Positions 1-14,050 of a DNA stretch of 64,000 bases are shown here, in pieces. This stretch comes from the human T2T-CHM13v2.0 reference genome, Homo sapiens. The position numbers were made by a program, and so were the translations under genes. How positions within the stretch are numbered: the stretch's first letter is position 1; every line of letters begins with the position of its first letter. The DNA is taken from the NCBI RefSeq assembly GCF_009914755.1, contig NC_060927.1, one strand, 5' to 3'. The notes below the pieces were generated by a model, which was given only the letters and a program-made list of their open reading frames with translations, did not search any database and was not told the origin of the DNA.

Positions 1-45
1 ATCCATTCTAGTCTAGTAAACAATGAATTCTCTTTAAGAAAAATT

Positions 46-1812
46 CTTAAATTTCTTATTTTTTATTGACATATTATATAATTTTACATATCTGAGGAGT
101 ATATGTGATATTTTGAGATCTGCGTGCAATGTGTAATGATGAAATCAGGGTAATTAGGATATCCATCACCTCAAACATTTATCTTTTTTTCCTGTTCTGT
201 ACATTACAATTCTTCTCTTCTAGTTATTTTGAAATATACAATAAATTATTGTTAACCATAGTTTCCCTACTATACAATCAAATATTAGAACTTATTTCTT
301 CTATCTAACAGTATTTTTGAACTCCTTAACTGACTTCTTTTCATTGTCCCTCCCTTTTCCCTTCCCAGCCTCTAGTAACCACCATTCTACTCTCTACCTC
401 TGTAAGATCCACTTTTTTAGTTTCCACGTATGAGGGAGAACATGCACTATTTGTGCCCAGCTCATTTCACTTAACATAACAACCTCCAGTTCCATCTAGT
501 TGTTGCTGTCTTAGTCCATTCTCACACTGCTATAAAGAGCAACCTGAGACTGGGTAATTTATGAAGAAAAGAGGTTTAATTGACTCACAGTTCTACAGGC
601 TTAACAGGAAACATGGCCAGGAGGCCTCAGGAAACTTACAATCATGGCTAAAGGCAAAGGAGAAGCAAGCATGTCTTACCATGGCGGAGCAGGAAAGAGA
701 GAGGGAAAGAGAAGGGAAGTGCCACACACTTTTAAACCATCAGATCACATGAGAACACACTCACTATCATGAGAACAGTAGGGAGGAAACTGCCCTGGTG
801 GGAGGTGAGATCTAATCACCTCCAACCAGGCCCCTCCTCCAATTATACGTGAAATTTGGATGGGGACACAAATCCAAACCATATCACTGCAAATGACAAA
901 ATTTCATTATCTTTTATGGCTGAATAGTATTTCATTTTGTGTGTACACCATATTTTCTGTATCCATTCATCCATTGATAGACACATAGGTTGATTCCATA
1001 TCTTGGCTATTGTGGATAGTGCTACAATAAACGTGGGAGTGCAGGTGTCTCTGGACACACTGATTTTCTCCCTTTTGGAATACATTCCCAAGAGTAGGAT
1101 TGCTGGGTCATATAGTAGTTTTGTTTTTAAGGTTTTTTTTTTTTTGAGGAAACTCCATACCATTTTATGTAATAGCTGTACTAATTTACATTCCTACCAA
1201 CAGTGTACAAGAGTTCCTCTTTTTCTACATCCTTGCCAGCGTTTCTCATTTCCTGTCTTTTTGTGAAAGGCCATTTTAAGTGGGGTGAAATAATATCCCC
1301 TTGTGGTTTTGATTTGCAGTCCCCTGATGGTTAGTGACTCTGAGTATTTTTTCACATATTTGTTGGCCATTTGTATGTCTTTTTTCTTTTTTTGAGAGAT
1401 GTCTATTCAGGCTTTTTGCCCATTAAAAAAATCTGATTATTTGGTTTTTTTGCTACTGAGTTGTTTGAGTTCCTTATATATTCTGGTTATTAATCTCTTG
1501 TCAGATGGATAGTTTGCAAATATTTCCTCCCATTCTACAGGTTGTATCTTTATTTTGTTGTTTCCTTTGCTTGCAGAAGCTCTTTCACCTGATGTAATCT
1601 CATTTGTCTATTTGTGGTTTTGTTACCTATGGTATTGAGGTCTTACTTAAAAAAAAACTTTGCCCAGATCAATGTCCTGTAGTGTTTCCCTACTATATTC
1701 TTTCAGTAGTTTTACATTTTCAGGTTTTATTTTTAGTTTAATCCTTTTTAAGGTGATTTTTGAATATGGTGAGAGACGGAGATTTAGTTTCATTCTTTTG
1801 CATATGGATATT
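46..1812 (-). mobile_element. Old L1 (L1MA-type) 3' end and ORF2 remnant, interrupted by a MaLR LTR
   Basis: ORF 843..1163 resembles the L1 ORF2 C-terminus (YDPAILLLG...IAKIWNQP...DEWI...YYSAIK). L1 3' UTR-like sequence lies at 46-500. Confidence 0.88.
507..886 (-). mobile_element. MSTA-like MaLR solo LTR nested in the L1
   Basis: Termini tgtcttagtcc... and ...aatccaaaccatatca; L1 sequence resumes on both sides. Confidence 0.85.
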
Positions 1813-2939
1813 CCTTACATTTCCTATATTTTGTTATTATTGTTATTATTACTAAAGTCAGAGTTGTATTTTCTGATAGTTTTATTCTAAACTACCTAAT
1901 TCCTATGCTCTTATATAAGAGCATTCCTTCAGGATTGTGTATTGGTAGAGATGAACAAAGTAAAACATGAGGAAAATGGATAAACATTATACCAGAAAAT
2001 TAAACCTAAATTTTTGCATAAAATTACATGAAACATGTATGAAAATAGGATTGTGTTCGTAGGTTCCATGGTTCTGATAACAGGTATTTAATAAATGTTA
2101 GTCTCTTCTCTCTCTTGAAATATGTCCCCTTAATGAACTAGAAACTTAGTGATAAACTGAAGGAAGGCTTTTCCCCCACACTCCTACTTCATTCATTTAT
2201 GTAATGAATTACCTGGGTGATTTCAGGCAGTTTTCCAACTGGGGCACACCATTTGCTGTGAACAGATTATAGGTGAGTGGAAATATTGATCATCTCAGTC
2301 CTTGAGGTATCTTTTAGTTAAGATATTGCTAGGAGTTGTAATAAGCTCCAACATTCTAATAGTGTAACACAGTAGTAGTTTCTTGCTTATGAAAGGGTAA
2401 AAAGTTAATGTTTCTGGTCAGCAGGTGGCATGTTTTCATGGGATAATTTAGCCAGCAAGGCCCTCCTAGGGGTCTGACACTTACTTTTTCACCACCTTCA
2501 TTCAATCGTGCCACAGATTATTTCTGTTCATAATCCATTGTTAACCACACTTCGATACAAAGAAAGCTGGGACATATAGTCCAAAGCCAAGCAGCCACTT
2601 CTCAGAAACAACAATCCTGTGGAAAAAAAAAAATGCATATTTAAAGTTAGCCAGCTTTGTTACAAGGGCTTGAGCCATTGGTTTGTTATTTGCAGCCATG
2701 AACAATTATATCCACTTACCTAACTGTACCACTTAAATATTATGATTTTCTATATGCGCCATGATGTAAAGAAGGTTAAGAAGCATTAAGGGTATCATTC
2801 ACTGTTACCCATGGTCTTGAAATTTTTCTGCTTGGTTGTCTTCAATTTTCTAAATTGCCAAGTATCCAATAATTGTGGATTAGGCCTAACTTCATTTCTA
2901 AAACACCATTTTGTCCCCTTTACCATTTAGTTTAGCATG

Positions 2940-3973
2940 TGTGGGGGAAAAGAAATGTTTCTTCCCATCTTAGGTTCATGGTAGAGGCCCCTATAATGCA
3001 AGATTAACAAGAGAAAAGCATAGAAATTAATATAATTTTTATGTGACTCGGGAGCCTTCATATGGAAATGAACACCCAAAGCTAAGTTCTTACGATACAA
3101 GACAAGACAAACAGGAACGTTATTGCCGACCTTGAGGGGGAAAAAAAAAAGACTACCTAAAACTAATAGGTACCCCCAAATCAAATTTAATCAGAGCTAC
3201 AATGCAAACAAATGTTTTTCTCCTGCTTTGCTGAATTTGGAAAGGAAGGGAAAAGGAGGATTTTACCTTCTCTTGACCAGACACTACAGGCAGAGATCCA
3301 GGACATCTGACCTTGGTAAGAGTTCTTACCTTGCACCAGCTTTTTACAGGTACTCCAGGATCTCATCTGCAGGCTCTGAAGCAAGTAGGGTATCTCAGCC
3401 ACCCCTCATTTGGTGCCAGAAACAGTAGGAGAAAGGAAATATCCTTCCTTCCCATCTTAGGTTCGTGGTTGAGACCCCATAACAAAAGACCTTTTAACAG
3501 GAGAAGAGCATTAAAATTGATTTAATAAATGTTTTACATTACATGGGATTCATTGGAAATGAAGACCCAAAGAAACAGATATATCCGTGTATTTTTTATG
3601 CTAGGTTTGATGAGCAAGTGGATAGTTGTGGCGAGGTATAATTCGATAGAAAAGTGTAATCTAATGGTAATAAACTAGGGGGAATCTAGCAAGGCTTGTT
3701 TGTTCAGATGTTTTTCTCTATACCTGTTTCTCTCTGTACCTTATATCTACAAAGAAAGATAAGGTTGTTCCTTTCCTCTGGGTATAGGAAGAGCACCTCT
3801 CAGATGAAGGCTTTGTGCCCAACTCCAGGGGAAGGTCAAAGAATCCTTCCTAGGTTTTTTTGGCCTGTTTCAGAGTAAGAGCAATAGGAAGGTAATGGGG
3901 GCCATCCTGCTTCTGCTGTTTTCCTAAAAGCCAAGATGCCATATTCGGTGATAGCATGTCCTGAACCCTATCA
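2940..3973 (-). mobile_element. Heavily deleted ERV1 provirus with MER92/LTR54-like LTRs (5' LTR ~3425-3973, leader ~3110-3420, partial 3' LTR 2940-~3090)
   Basis: Two homologous LTR ends (ttcccatcttaggttc..., ~2963 and ~3449). PBS-like TGGCACCAAATGAGGG follows the 5' LTR. Flanks catg/catt. Confidence 0.65.
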
Positions 3974-6429
3974 CATTGTATCACTCTTGTTTCTTTTCTT
4001 CTTCATCTTGCCTTTGTGTAGTAGACACTTCACGCTTACCCATTGTCTTGTGTCTTTAACTATGCTGGGACCCTGATCTTATCCGTCAAAGTCATTGCCA
4101 TTCATTCATGAGACATGCAATAATAGTAATGCAATTCTCCAGATACAAAGTAGAGAAATTATTTATCTAAATTTATTCATCTTTTAATATATAAGTAGTT
4201 ACATTAGAAGAAATAGATGGCATGTAAATGCCTTCATAAAAGTATTTTCTATGAAGTAAAAATAAATAAATTAAAAATCTACTCTTTATCCCTTTCTCAC
4301 TTTATCTTCAATTATATCACACTCATATTTCCATTATGCTACAGAATAAAAATATAATGTTTTATGTTATGTGAATTAGCTAAGTTAGCTCATTCTTAGA
4401 CAAGCCCATAATTTCTGTGGCTAAGATTATTTTTTATCAAGGAGGCATTATTTTGTGGCTCAAGGTGAAACCCTCCATTAACATTCATTGGTGACATCTT
4501 ATTTTCTTCATCCAATGTCTATAGACTTTCATACGCTATGCTACATTTGGTCTTAGCCTATCAAATCCCTGGAAGGTTGCTTAACCATTCAGTTAAGCAC
4601 ATAGTCCAGTTCTTTGTGTTCCTTGTTACAAGAGAGTAATGTGCTTCATACAGTCATCAAAGACTCAGAACTCAGATACTGAGTCATCTTTAACACTTTG
4701 CTTTCAAGATCATCCTAAGCATTACCATCCAACAGGCAAGAGAAGATGGAGCATGGAGGGTCCCACATAGGATTTGGCAGGCCAGTCCTGGAAGGGCCTC
4801 ATATCACCTCTGCTCTATTTCTACTGGGCCAAATTCAGTCCTTCAACCACACCTAGCTACAAAGAAGACTGAAAATGTGATTTGACTAGGGAAATGATTT
4901 TGGTATACAGCCAGTGAGTGTGCCATACTGTGACAACTGGCCTTTAACAAAAATCATTTTATCCATTTGTCTTGCATATTATATTAAATTCAGGCTTCAG
5001 AGTCTTCAGTCCAGCAATAATTCCCACCCCAATCTTAACGAATTAACTTCTCATTATACATGCGAAGACCTTCCTTTTCAGCCAAACTAATTTACTTTCT
5101 ATTCACCAGTCTTATTACTATGCCTTTTCATAGGCCATTTTAATTCACTGCATCTGAATATACTTCCTTCATCTTCTATCATCCACTAATTTTTTGGAAA
5201 CATGACTTATTAACTCATCTTTTCTACAGAAATTTTCAGGATGAATCAAGCTATACTCCTGACCATACTTACTCATGTAGCCCTTCAGTAATATACCAAT
5301 TTCCCCTCTCCTTTCTTCTCTCACTCATATTTCCAGGAGCCTTGGGAAGGGTAAGAGTTAGGGGTAGAAATTCATGAACAAGTTCCATAATCTGTGTGGC
5401 TCAAGGTTAAACCTTCCATTAATGTTCCTTTGATTGCATCTTACTTTCCTTATCCAACGCCTATGGACTTCTCCATAAGCTAATGCTATATCTGGTGCTA
5501 GCCTATCCAATTCCAGGGTGGTTATTGAGTCTTTCTATAGATATGCCTATCATTTTACTCTTCCAATTCATATTATTCAGAATAGATTGGAGGAAATAGG
5601 AACATTTGGAGAAAAAAAGGCACAAATAATAAATGAATGTTTCTCATTCTTTTGTTTATCACCTCTTATTGAAACGAATGCCTGTTTTAAGTTTTCTTAT
5701 GTGGGTATTTGGAGGTAAAACATTCTGGGAGAGAATGGGCACGTGCTGTCCCCAAGACAGTGGGAAGGACCCAGCACCCACTACAGCTAAGAGCAGCTGG
5801 CTTCTGTTACGACCATGACACCAGGTCTTAAACCATACCAGTGCTAAACAAATTTTTATTTTTCTTTTCTTTCTCCCATGAGGGATTCTCAATCCTGTTT
5901 CCCATTAGAATCACCAGGGAAGCATTTAAAATGCTGATCACCACATCACACTGTAGCTTCCAGCTGATGACCTGACTGATAGTTCCACAGTTCCTAAGTG
6001 AATATCCCCACTTTGCTGTCCTCTGCAGCAGGGCCTTCTCAAAACTCACTTGACTTTGTTTCTCCTCAAAGCTCCCTGGGGTAATGTCTGTTCACTCTGG
6101 CCTGTCTCTAGCTCTTAAGAGTAGAAGGAATTCGAGCTGAAAGATAATTTTCTTAAGTCAGTCCTGAAACTTGTTTTATTTTCAGTGTTCTAAAAGTGAC
6201 TCTAGAAAATGAAAAAGCAAATATTTCCTTTTAAAAATCAGCTTCCTGAGACATTTTTACAATCTCAAAATATAAAATTAATCATTTGTTTTATTGAGGA
6301 AATTTATTTTAAATACTTTAAAAATAGAAATTTTCCTAATGGTGAAAGTAAGCATATTTTCTAGAAAATAGATCATATTCCCACCTTTGCATGAATTAAT
6401 TTACTGGTATTTACTGGGCACCTAACCAA

Positions 6430-6843
6430 CGACAAAGATTCTCTGCTTCAACAAAATTTAGTCAGGCTTCCACATCTTCTCTTTTGTCCATCTGTGCATG
6501 TCCTTGTAAAATCCAGTTTTAGCAAAGAACCCTATTAAGCTGGTTTAGCGAGAAACCCCCGTCGTCAATATCTGATCACCCACCATAATAGATTCAGTTC
6601 CTCCTCCTTCCCCAGGTGATGTCTGCTCACCTGGCCTGTTTTCAGCTAGAATACTGTTAGGTTGGCTTAGCCAGAATCGCTGTTACCTCTGATGTTTCCT
6701 CTTCGTAATTTTCCAGCCTCTGACCCCACTTGATCCTTGACTATAAATTGCAGTGGTCCCTGTACCTTTCTTACAATGGTCCTGAATAAAGTCTTCTTTA
6801 TTGTGCTTTTACATATATAATTGAATATTTTTTATTCTTTAAT
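6430..6843 (+). mobile_element. MER31/MER67-like ERV1 solo LTR
   Basis: Starts (t)gacaaagattctctgctt...tttagtcaggct and has AATAAA near 6785. Confidence 0.75.
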
Positions 6844-8293
6844 ATAAGGATGTATTACCTTGTACTCTGCCCTGTGAGAAACGAAACAGAAGCCAAAACT
6901 AGACCGAGTTCTTTTTTAGAAAAAAAAGATAGATAAAATAGTTAGGATAATAGTACAGAAATATGTTAATATTCACTGAAAATGATTGACATTAAATAGA
7001 TGATGAAGAACTCTCTCAGAAAAAGAGACAGTAAGTGGCTGACAATAGTGAGGAATAGCCAGAGGAGTTATCTTGATAATAAGAAACTACGCTGTGTTTA
7101 TTGGTCTTGAGAAGCCTAGATTTCTTGTTGGGAAGGAATGGAGGAGGAGGTTGAATTATTACACCTGGGCCATTGGTGAAGTTACATAAATGCAAAAACT
7201 GAAGAATTTAGACGTTACGCTGTAGAAAATAGCAAAATTGGTTAGAAGAGAGGCAGTTATGGCCTGTAGTTCATTTGATTAAAATAACAATGACGTTTAT
7301 TATGCATATTATTTTACAGCGTGGCTGGAAATACTCAGGGCAGGTGGTGGGAAGGTGTGAACAAGTACCTGAAAACAAATTATCCAGAGATGATTGGCTT
7401 TTTAAAGCATTTAGATACACCTGGGCAGATATATGCAAAGTATAACAGGCCAAAATGTTTACCAACTGCTCCCACTCATATGTTAACAAATCTTTATTCT
7501 GATGGACAGATCCACCTCTTAGGAGATTAGTCAGTGTGAATCTGACCTGAAACGTAAAAACTCATTTACAAAACTCTTTGGGTGTGTTAAGCCTTGTGCT
7601 AAGGATTTTATAAGTACTAATTTATTTAATACTCCTTTATTCCATAAAGTGGGTACCATTATCCCCATTTTCCAGATTGAAAAACCTGAGGTAGAGAAGC
7701 TTAATCACAATCCTGCAGGTCTTTAGCTAGCAGCTTGTGGTTTATGGCTTTGAACCCTCATCTACCTGATTTCAATAACTACGCCTTTAGCTAACTCATA
7801 CATTGACAAAGTTAAGCTTCTGAGACCGCAACGGTGGGTAACAAGCCTCAATTATGATAAATTTGCCCTCGTGCTTGACACCCTTTGCACCCTATTGGCA
7901 AAATCAGAAATTTGTGCCCTAACTGTGCAGTGCATCTCATCATTTCAAAAGCTGCCTTCCTCTTCAGCCTCTTCAGAAATGCTTCACCAGTCTCCATACC
8001 TGAGCCACTTGGGCCTTTCAGTTCTTGGGAAAAGCTCAATTCCCTCTTGCCTGAAAACTTTAATACCCTTCCCAGATTCTAGGAAGTTTCACTTCTAGCA
8101 TCCTTCTCACACATTGCCTAAAGATAACTAAAATTTCATAAAACATGAGATCGTTATTTTCTACGGCCTCATTTATTCCCACTTCTCTCACAGTTTCCAA
8201 TTACTACATCAGCTGAATTCTATCCTGTTTCTCATCCCAAAGTGAAGATGAGCAGCAAAACTTTCCTGCCGTATTTTTTAAAAAGCATAAGTA

Positions 8294-9028
8294 TATTAGC
8301 AGCAGTGAATCAATATAGGTTTGCAGCAACCTCAATTCTTGCCTCCTCAGGAGAAAGAGTTCAACCAAGGGGGCTTAAGGCAGTGAGAGACCGAGGCAAG
8401 TTTTAGAGCAGAAGTGAGAGTTTATTAAAAACTTTTAAAGCAGAAATGAAAGGAAGTAAAGTACGCTTGGAAGAGTTGGCCCTCCAATCTCTCAAGCAGG
8501 TGACTTGAGAGACTGAAGCGTGGTGTTTGGCCTTTGACATGGGGCTTTATATGTCGTCAGGCTTCCAGGGTCTGCATTACTTTTCCCCTGATTCTTCCCT
8601 TGGGCTGTCCATATGCACAGTGGCCTGTTAGCACTTGGGAGGGGCCCAATGCAGTGTGTTTACTGAAGTTGTGCACATGCTCTCTCCACACATTTTTCCC
8701 TTACCCGTTGAACGTTGCTAGAGGAAGGTGATACACAGTGAAACGCTGCCCTTTTGCCTCTTAGTGCGCATGCTTGAGCACACTTGCCCAGCTCCTGAGA
8801 TCTTATCAGGAAGCTACTGATCACTAGCTTTAGATGTTTTCTATCTACTGGGAGACTGCCTTTCCCTGGTGTCAGCTGTGACCAATTATTATTTTAGCGA
8901 GACAATTTAACAACCACTTGACCATTACGTGATGTTGCCTGACATTCCTGGTTTGCAGGGGGTGAGGGTGGGGTGGGTGGGGGGGTTCTCCTGCCCTGCT
9001 TATGTCTTCCCAACTACCTACTCTAACA
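8294..9028 (-). mobile_element. MER66-like ERV1 solo LTR
   Basis: Reverse complement starts TGTTAGAGTAGGTAG...; flanks agta/agtc. Confidence 0.82.
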
Positions 9029-9405
9029 AGTCCAGTGGGATTCTCCCTGGCTCACTTTCTCCGTGCTCTCTCCCCCTCACTCTTCTACTCCAAGTTAGAG
9101 CCCTTAGGATTCACAGCTTTCCTAGGACAAGGGAAATAAATGCTTAATGTTTTGATTTTCAAAGAAGGAATGGCAAATCTTCTCTTTCTGCTCTTGCTAA
9201 GCCCCAGACAACAATCCAAATTAGAGTTTAAAATAAATAAATAAAAATTATGTGAACCAATTCCTAAAGCACAGAAGGTAGTAAAGTCACCAAAATGTTG
9301 AAAGATTTCACTAATCAGAAAATTACCTCTTTGATCTCTTACTCACATAGAGCCACCTTAATCAGGCTGACCTGATACAAACACGCCTTTTGAAAAACAG
9401 CTTTA

Positions 9406-9717
<312 letters not shown>

Positions 9718-11386
9718 TTGCTTTAGCGATGATTTATTGGTTGTTTAGAGAATAGAAATTTAATTTCAGATTAAAAATACATAGGATTACGATGTCTACC
9801 TTCTAGCTGGTTGGGACCCTCAGGTATAGACTTCAGTATCGAGTTAAACAAGACCAATCATGGCATGTTTTAGACATGTTCAAATATGTAAATCAAAATC
9901 ATGTTTATCAGCCCTAAATGTACAGAATCCAAATTTAATTCACAAGAGGAGGTTTGTGAGTTAATGAGCGTCAGTAATCTCATGGACTCTGAATGTGTTT
10001 TATTCTTTCAACATTCAACATTCAACAGAAGATCTGTTACAACCTGCAGATGGAAAAATTCCCAAATCCAGCCTAAAAATACGTGAAGGAGGGAGACAGA
10101 AGAAGGAGAAGCAAGTGAAGAATAGAGGAAGTTACTGGGACAAATACAGCAGATCTTCATACTATAATGTAGAATATGAAGAAACACATAAACCACTTGC
10201 ATTTGTTCATTTCAAGGATCACTAGTTGCTCTTAATATGGGTTTAGGAGTTTTGTTCTACATATTTTGAGTGTGAAGGTAAAATACTTTCTTCCTTTCAT
10301 TTTGGTGTCTGGAAATGGGCCCACTTGGAACTATCTACCATAGAATACAGACAGGACTGAACAGGCTTTCTAAAGAAATTAGCTGATTTTGGCAAAGTAC
10401 TGGGTGTGCAGCACCAACTGCTTACCAGTCTATGAGTGGCTTCCTGTTCTTTCATTTACCACTAGGACTTCTTAGCCTTTGATCGTCTTTCTACTTCAAT
10501 TGTTATTCTTTAGTTCCACAAATTATTCACACACACTACATTTGGTTTTCCCTTTCATCTTTCTTATCCACTCTTTCTTCTATCCACTAGTTAATCTTTA
10601 TTGAATTACTGAATTATTTAGGAAGACCCCCTAATGTGTAATGTTATCCCAATCCCACTTTTCTTCGCTGAAGGTCATATAAATAACACTATAATTTGCC
10701 ACAAAATATCTTGTCCTAACTATTGCTTTTAGATTTACAGTGCTCCAGAGTTAATATGAAAACTTTGAGAAACTCATTATTACTATATGTTTTGAAATCA
10801 AGAAAAATTGATCTTTACAAAATTCTAAAGACCTTAAATATTACAATCAGTGACTATAAAGAATAACAGATACAAGATTTTGTTAAATAACTTGGAATAT
10901 AATTACAATTTGCCTTAATGAAGTTAATGTTAATTATATTTGAAAAATTAATCCCGGGAGGAGACTCTGAAAACTTGAACCATAGGTTCAGCCACACCGT
11001 GAATTTTTTAGAGTATTTGATACATTTTACACATCAAACAATATACCAGGTACTGTGTTAGATATTTTAGCTATTACAACATTAATACTCTGCAACTGTG
11101 TGTGGTAGATTTTATCATTCTCTACTTTTTCACAACAGCAAAGTAATGATCGGAGTAGTCAAATAACAAACCCAATTGACACAGCTAAGATGTACACAGA
11201 TTGGAATCCAGTATTGAAGACACACCACTCTGCCTCCCTCAGCTAGATGCTACCTGATACAGATTTTTTTAAATTTCTCCTTTAAAATTTCTTTTGTACA
11301 TAATAATATTGAATAACTTGTATTTTACTACATCTTCTTTCTATTTTTTTAATGAAATAAATGCATGTCCAATGTTCTAATACTGG

Positions 11387-11902
11387 TATAGGGGCAGAAA
11401 AATACCTTTTCCTTATCTGTCTTAGGTTCATGACTGAAGCCCCTATAATGAAAGACAGAATAACAAGAGAAAAACGAACTAATTTACATAATATAAGTTC
11501 TACATGACACAAGAGCCAACATAAGGAAATGAAGACTCAAAGAAGCAATTAAACCTGAGGGTCTTTTAAATATAAGGTATGATAAAGAGTAGATAGTCAT
11601 GAAGGAATTTAATAGGGCCAAGGGGCGTGATTTAATGGTAATCTACTGGGGGAAACTTAGCAAATCCTGTTTGTTCATATTCTTCTCTGTGTCCCTGTGT
11701 CTTCCAAGATGAGAATGCGCTTTTCCTCTGGGGATTGTGAAGGCACCTCTCATATGGTCTCATACCCTGCTTCACAGAAGAAGGGCGAGTGAAGGTAAGA
11801 GTGAACTTCCTGCTTTTGTGGTTTTTCCCCAATACCTTCAGCTTAAAATATTCAATATGCCACGGTGCCATATGTTGGGATAGCGTGATGTCAGCCCCAT
11901 CA
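11387..11902 (-). mobile_element. MER92/LTR54-like ERV1 solo LTR
   Basis: Homologous to 3425-3973 and 13501-13992; ends ...ccccatca; flanks ctgg/cttg. Confidence 0.75.
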
Positions 11903-12527
11903 CTTGAATAACGCTACAAGGCTAAAATAACACCAACAAAAAGCAATACCTTGTTCACCTCTCCCCACCCAAGTTCTATTTTAGTTGTTTGTTTTCATAT
12001 TTGTTTCTATATTTATAAATAACATTTATATATTATTTTAGTTTCAAAGTTTAATCATTTATTTCTCATTTTGAGAATTCAAATTTAGCTCTTCACTAGC
12101 CATTTCTCAAAAACATACACTTCCCCTTTCTACATCCATTTTTCATTTTTTAATGAGGCTTTTAAATTGATACTCAATGTTTACCTTATGGTGACAATAA
12201 CAATATTGTTCATACCTTAGCCATAGCATACTAGAACATTTCCTTTCCTGTACAGTCTTTGTATAGTTTTTCTGTAATGAATGGTTACTAACAAAGGTTA
12301 CAATTCCTTTTTTTAGTTTCTTATTCTATTGAGAATGTATTATGATATGATAAGTTGCATCTTACTGGTTTCTCTTGAGATCACAAAACCTTCATATTTC
12401 TCAGATCTGAACAGGCAGCCATCACTTGAAACATCTGCTTTCCATGTTCACAGAATTGCCTAAGAGCTATTATAGGCCCTCATCTCTCCTCTGTTCTCTT
12501 TGCCCATATATATTATCTCTCTCTCTC

Positions 12528-12540
12528 CATAGATAGATAA

Positions 12541-12577
<37 letters not shown>

Positions 12578-12580
12578 CAA
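12528..12580 (+). repeat. (TAGA)n tetranucleotide microsatellite
   Basis: Visible directly. Confidence 0.95.
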
Positions 12581-12589
12581 ACAGATAGG

Positions 12590-12890
12590 TAGATGCTGAC
12601 ATATGTGTGTGTATATGCAATTACAACATTTGTATGTATACATATATCAGTATGTATCTATCAGCATGTATGTATATGTATCATGTATATATATGTGTAT
12701 ATATATATGTGTGTATATATATATACAAACACACAAATACACATGCTGATACAATTTCAGCATATATATATACACACACACAAATACACATGCTAAGACA
12801 ATTTCAGCATATATATATACACACAGCATATATAAATACACATGCTAAGACAATTTCAGCGCATATATATATATGCGCTGAAATTGTCTT
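12590..12890. repeat. TA/CA-rich region with three ~48-51 bp tandem units, ending in a perfect 44-bp palindrome
   Basis: Unit core aatacacatgct(g/a)a(t/g)acaatttcagc occurs three times; the palindrome spans 12847-12890. Confidence 0.9.
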
Positions 12891-13500
12891 TACCACATAA
12901 TTTAGCTCTCATCACAGCAGCATATGATGTTGTTTTGCATAGTAGTATCTTACCCTTTTTTGGTATTTATATTATGGATCAGGGAATTTGTATTTTCATT
13001 GGATCCACATTTGTGCTGAGCACAATACCTTTTGCAGAGTGGTCATTTTGTAAAATCTTATTGTTGGCAATTAATGCAGCAAACAATTTTTTTTTTTTTG
13101 CCTTTCCTTGAATCTGAAGAAAAGGCAAAAAAAAATTGGTTTACTGCAGCATAAGAGGGTTGATGATGGAGCCGTTCTTAGCAGAATAAGTGTAACCCAA
13201 AAGCAAAGCTTTTTATTTACAATTGTATTTGTTTTCAAGATTTACTTTTTATATATTATCAAAATAAATCTGAGATTTTTAAATGTTGCATGATAAATTA
13301 TATGAAAAAAGGGAATTTCAAATTTGCTAACATAAAACAAGTAGACAAATTTGGCGTTTAGGCAATTTGCCATTGAGCTGGACTTTCAGCAGGATAAGTT
13401 ATTCTGATAATTTAGTAAAATTATTGGTAATCATTTTAAAGGAGGACAGGAAGGATTAAATTAAAAATCTCTTCAAAACTTCTATTCTGAAATAGCAGGG

Positions 13501-13992
13501 TGTAGGGGACAAAATTAATATATTTTCTTCACTGATCACAAAGTTCATGGCTGAGGCTCCTATAACAAAAGACAGATTGACAAGAGAAAAGCATACAAAT
13601 GTATTTAATATAAGTTTTATTTGACATAGGAGCCTTCAGAAATGAAGACCCAAAGAAACAGGGAAATTTGTGTATTTTATGGACAGTTTTGCAATACGTA
13701 TTATTTAAGGACAACAGGGTATGATCTAGCAGAAGTAAACTAGGGAGAATTTAGTAAGACTTGTTCATTCATATTCTTCTTGGAGTCCTTCTCTGACACT
13801 CCTTTCCTCTGGGCATAGAACAAAACACCTGTCACATGAGGGTCTTCAGCAAGGAGAAAGATCAGAAAATGACCTTCCTAGGTTTTATGCCCTGCTTCAG
13901 GGGAGAAGAGTGAGGGGAAGATGAGAGTGACCTTCCTACTTCTGCTGTTTCCTCAAATGCCAAGGTGCCATATCTTGGGGTAGCATGTCCTG
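13501..13992 (-). mobile_element. MER92/LTR54-like ERV1 LTR
   Basis: Contains ttcatggctgaggctcctataacaaaagacag and aaatgccaaggtgccatatcttggggtagcatgtcctg. Confidence 0.75.
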
Positions 13993-14050
13993 TTTTTTTT
14001 AACAATACATGAAGCTAAAATTCTAAACTGTTTATAAAACTTCATGGTCA

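Noticed and set aside
12593-12900. Tyr/Ile/His-rich ORFs
   Set aside because: Translations of TA/CA simple repeats.
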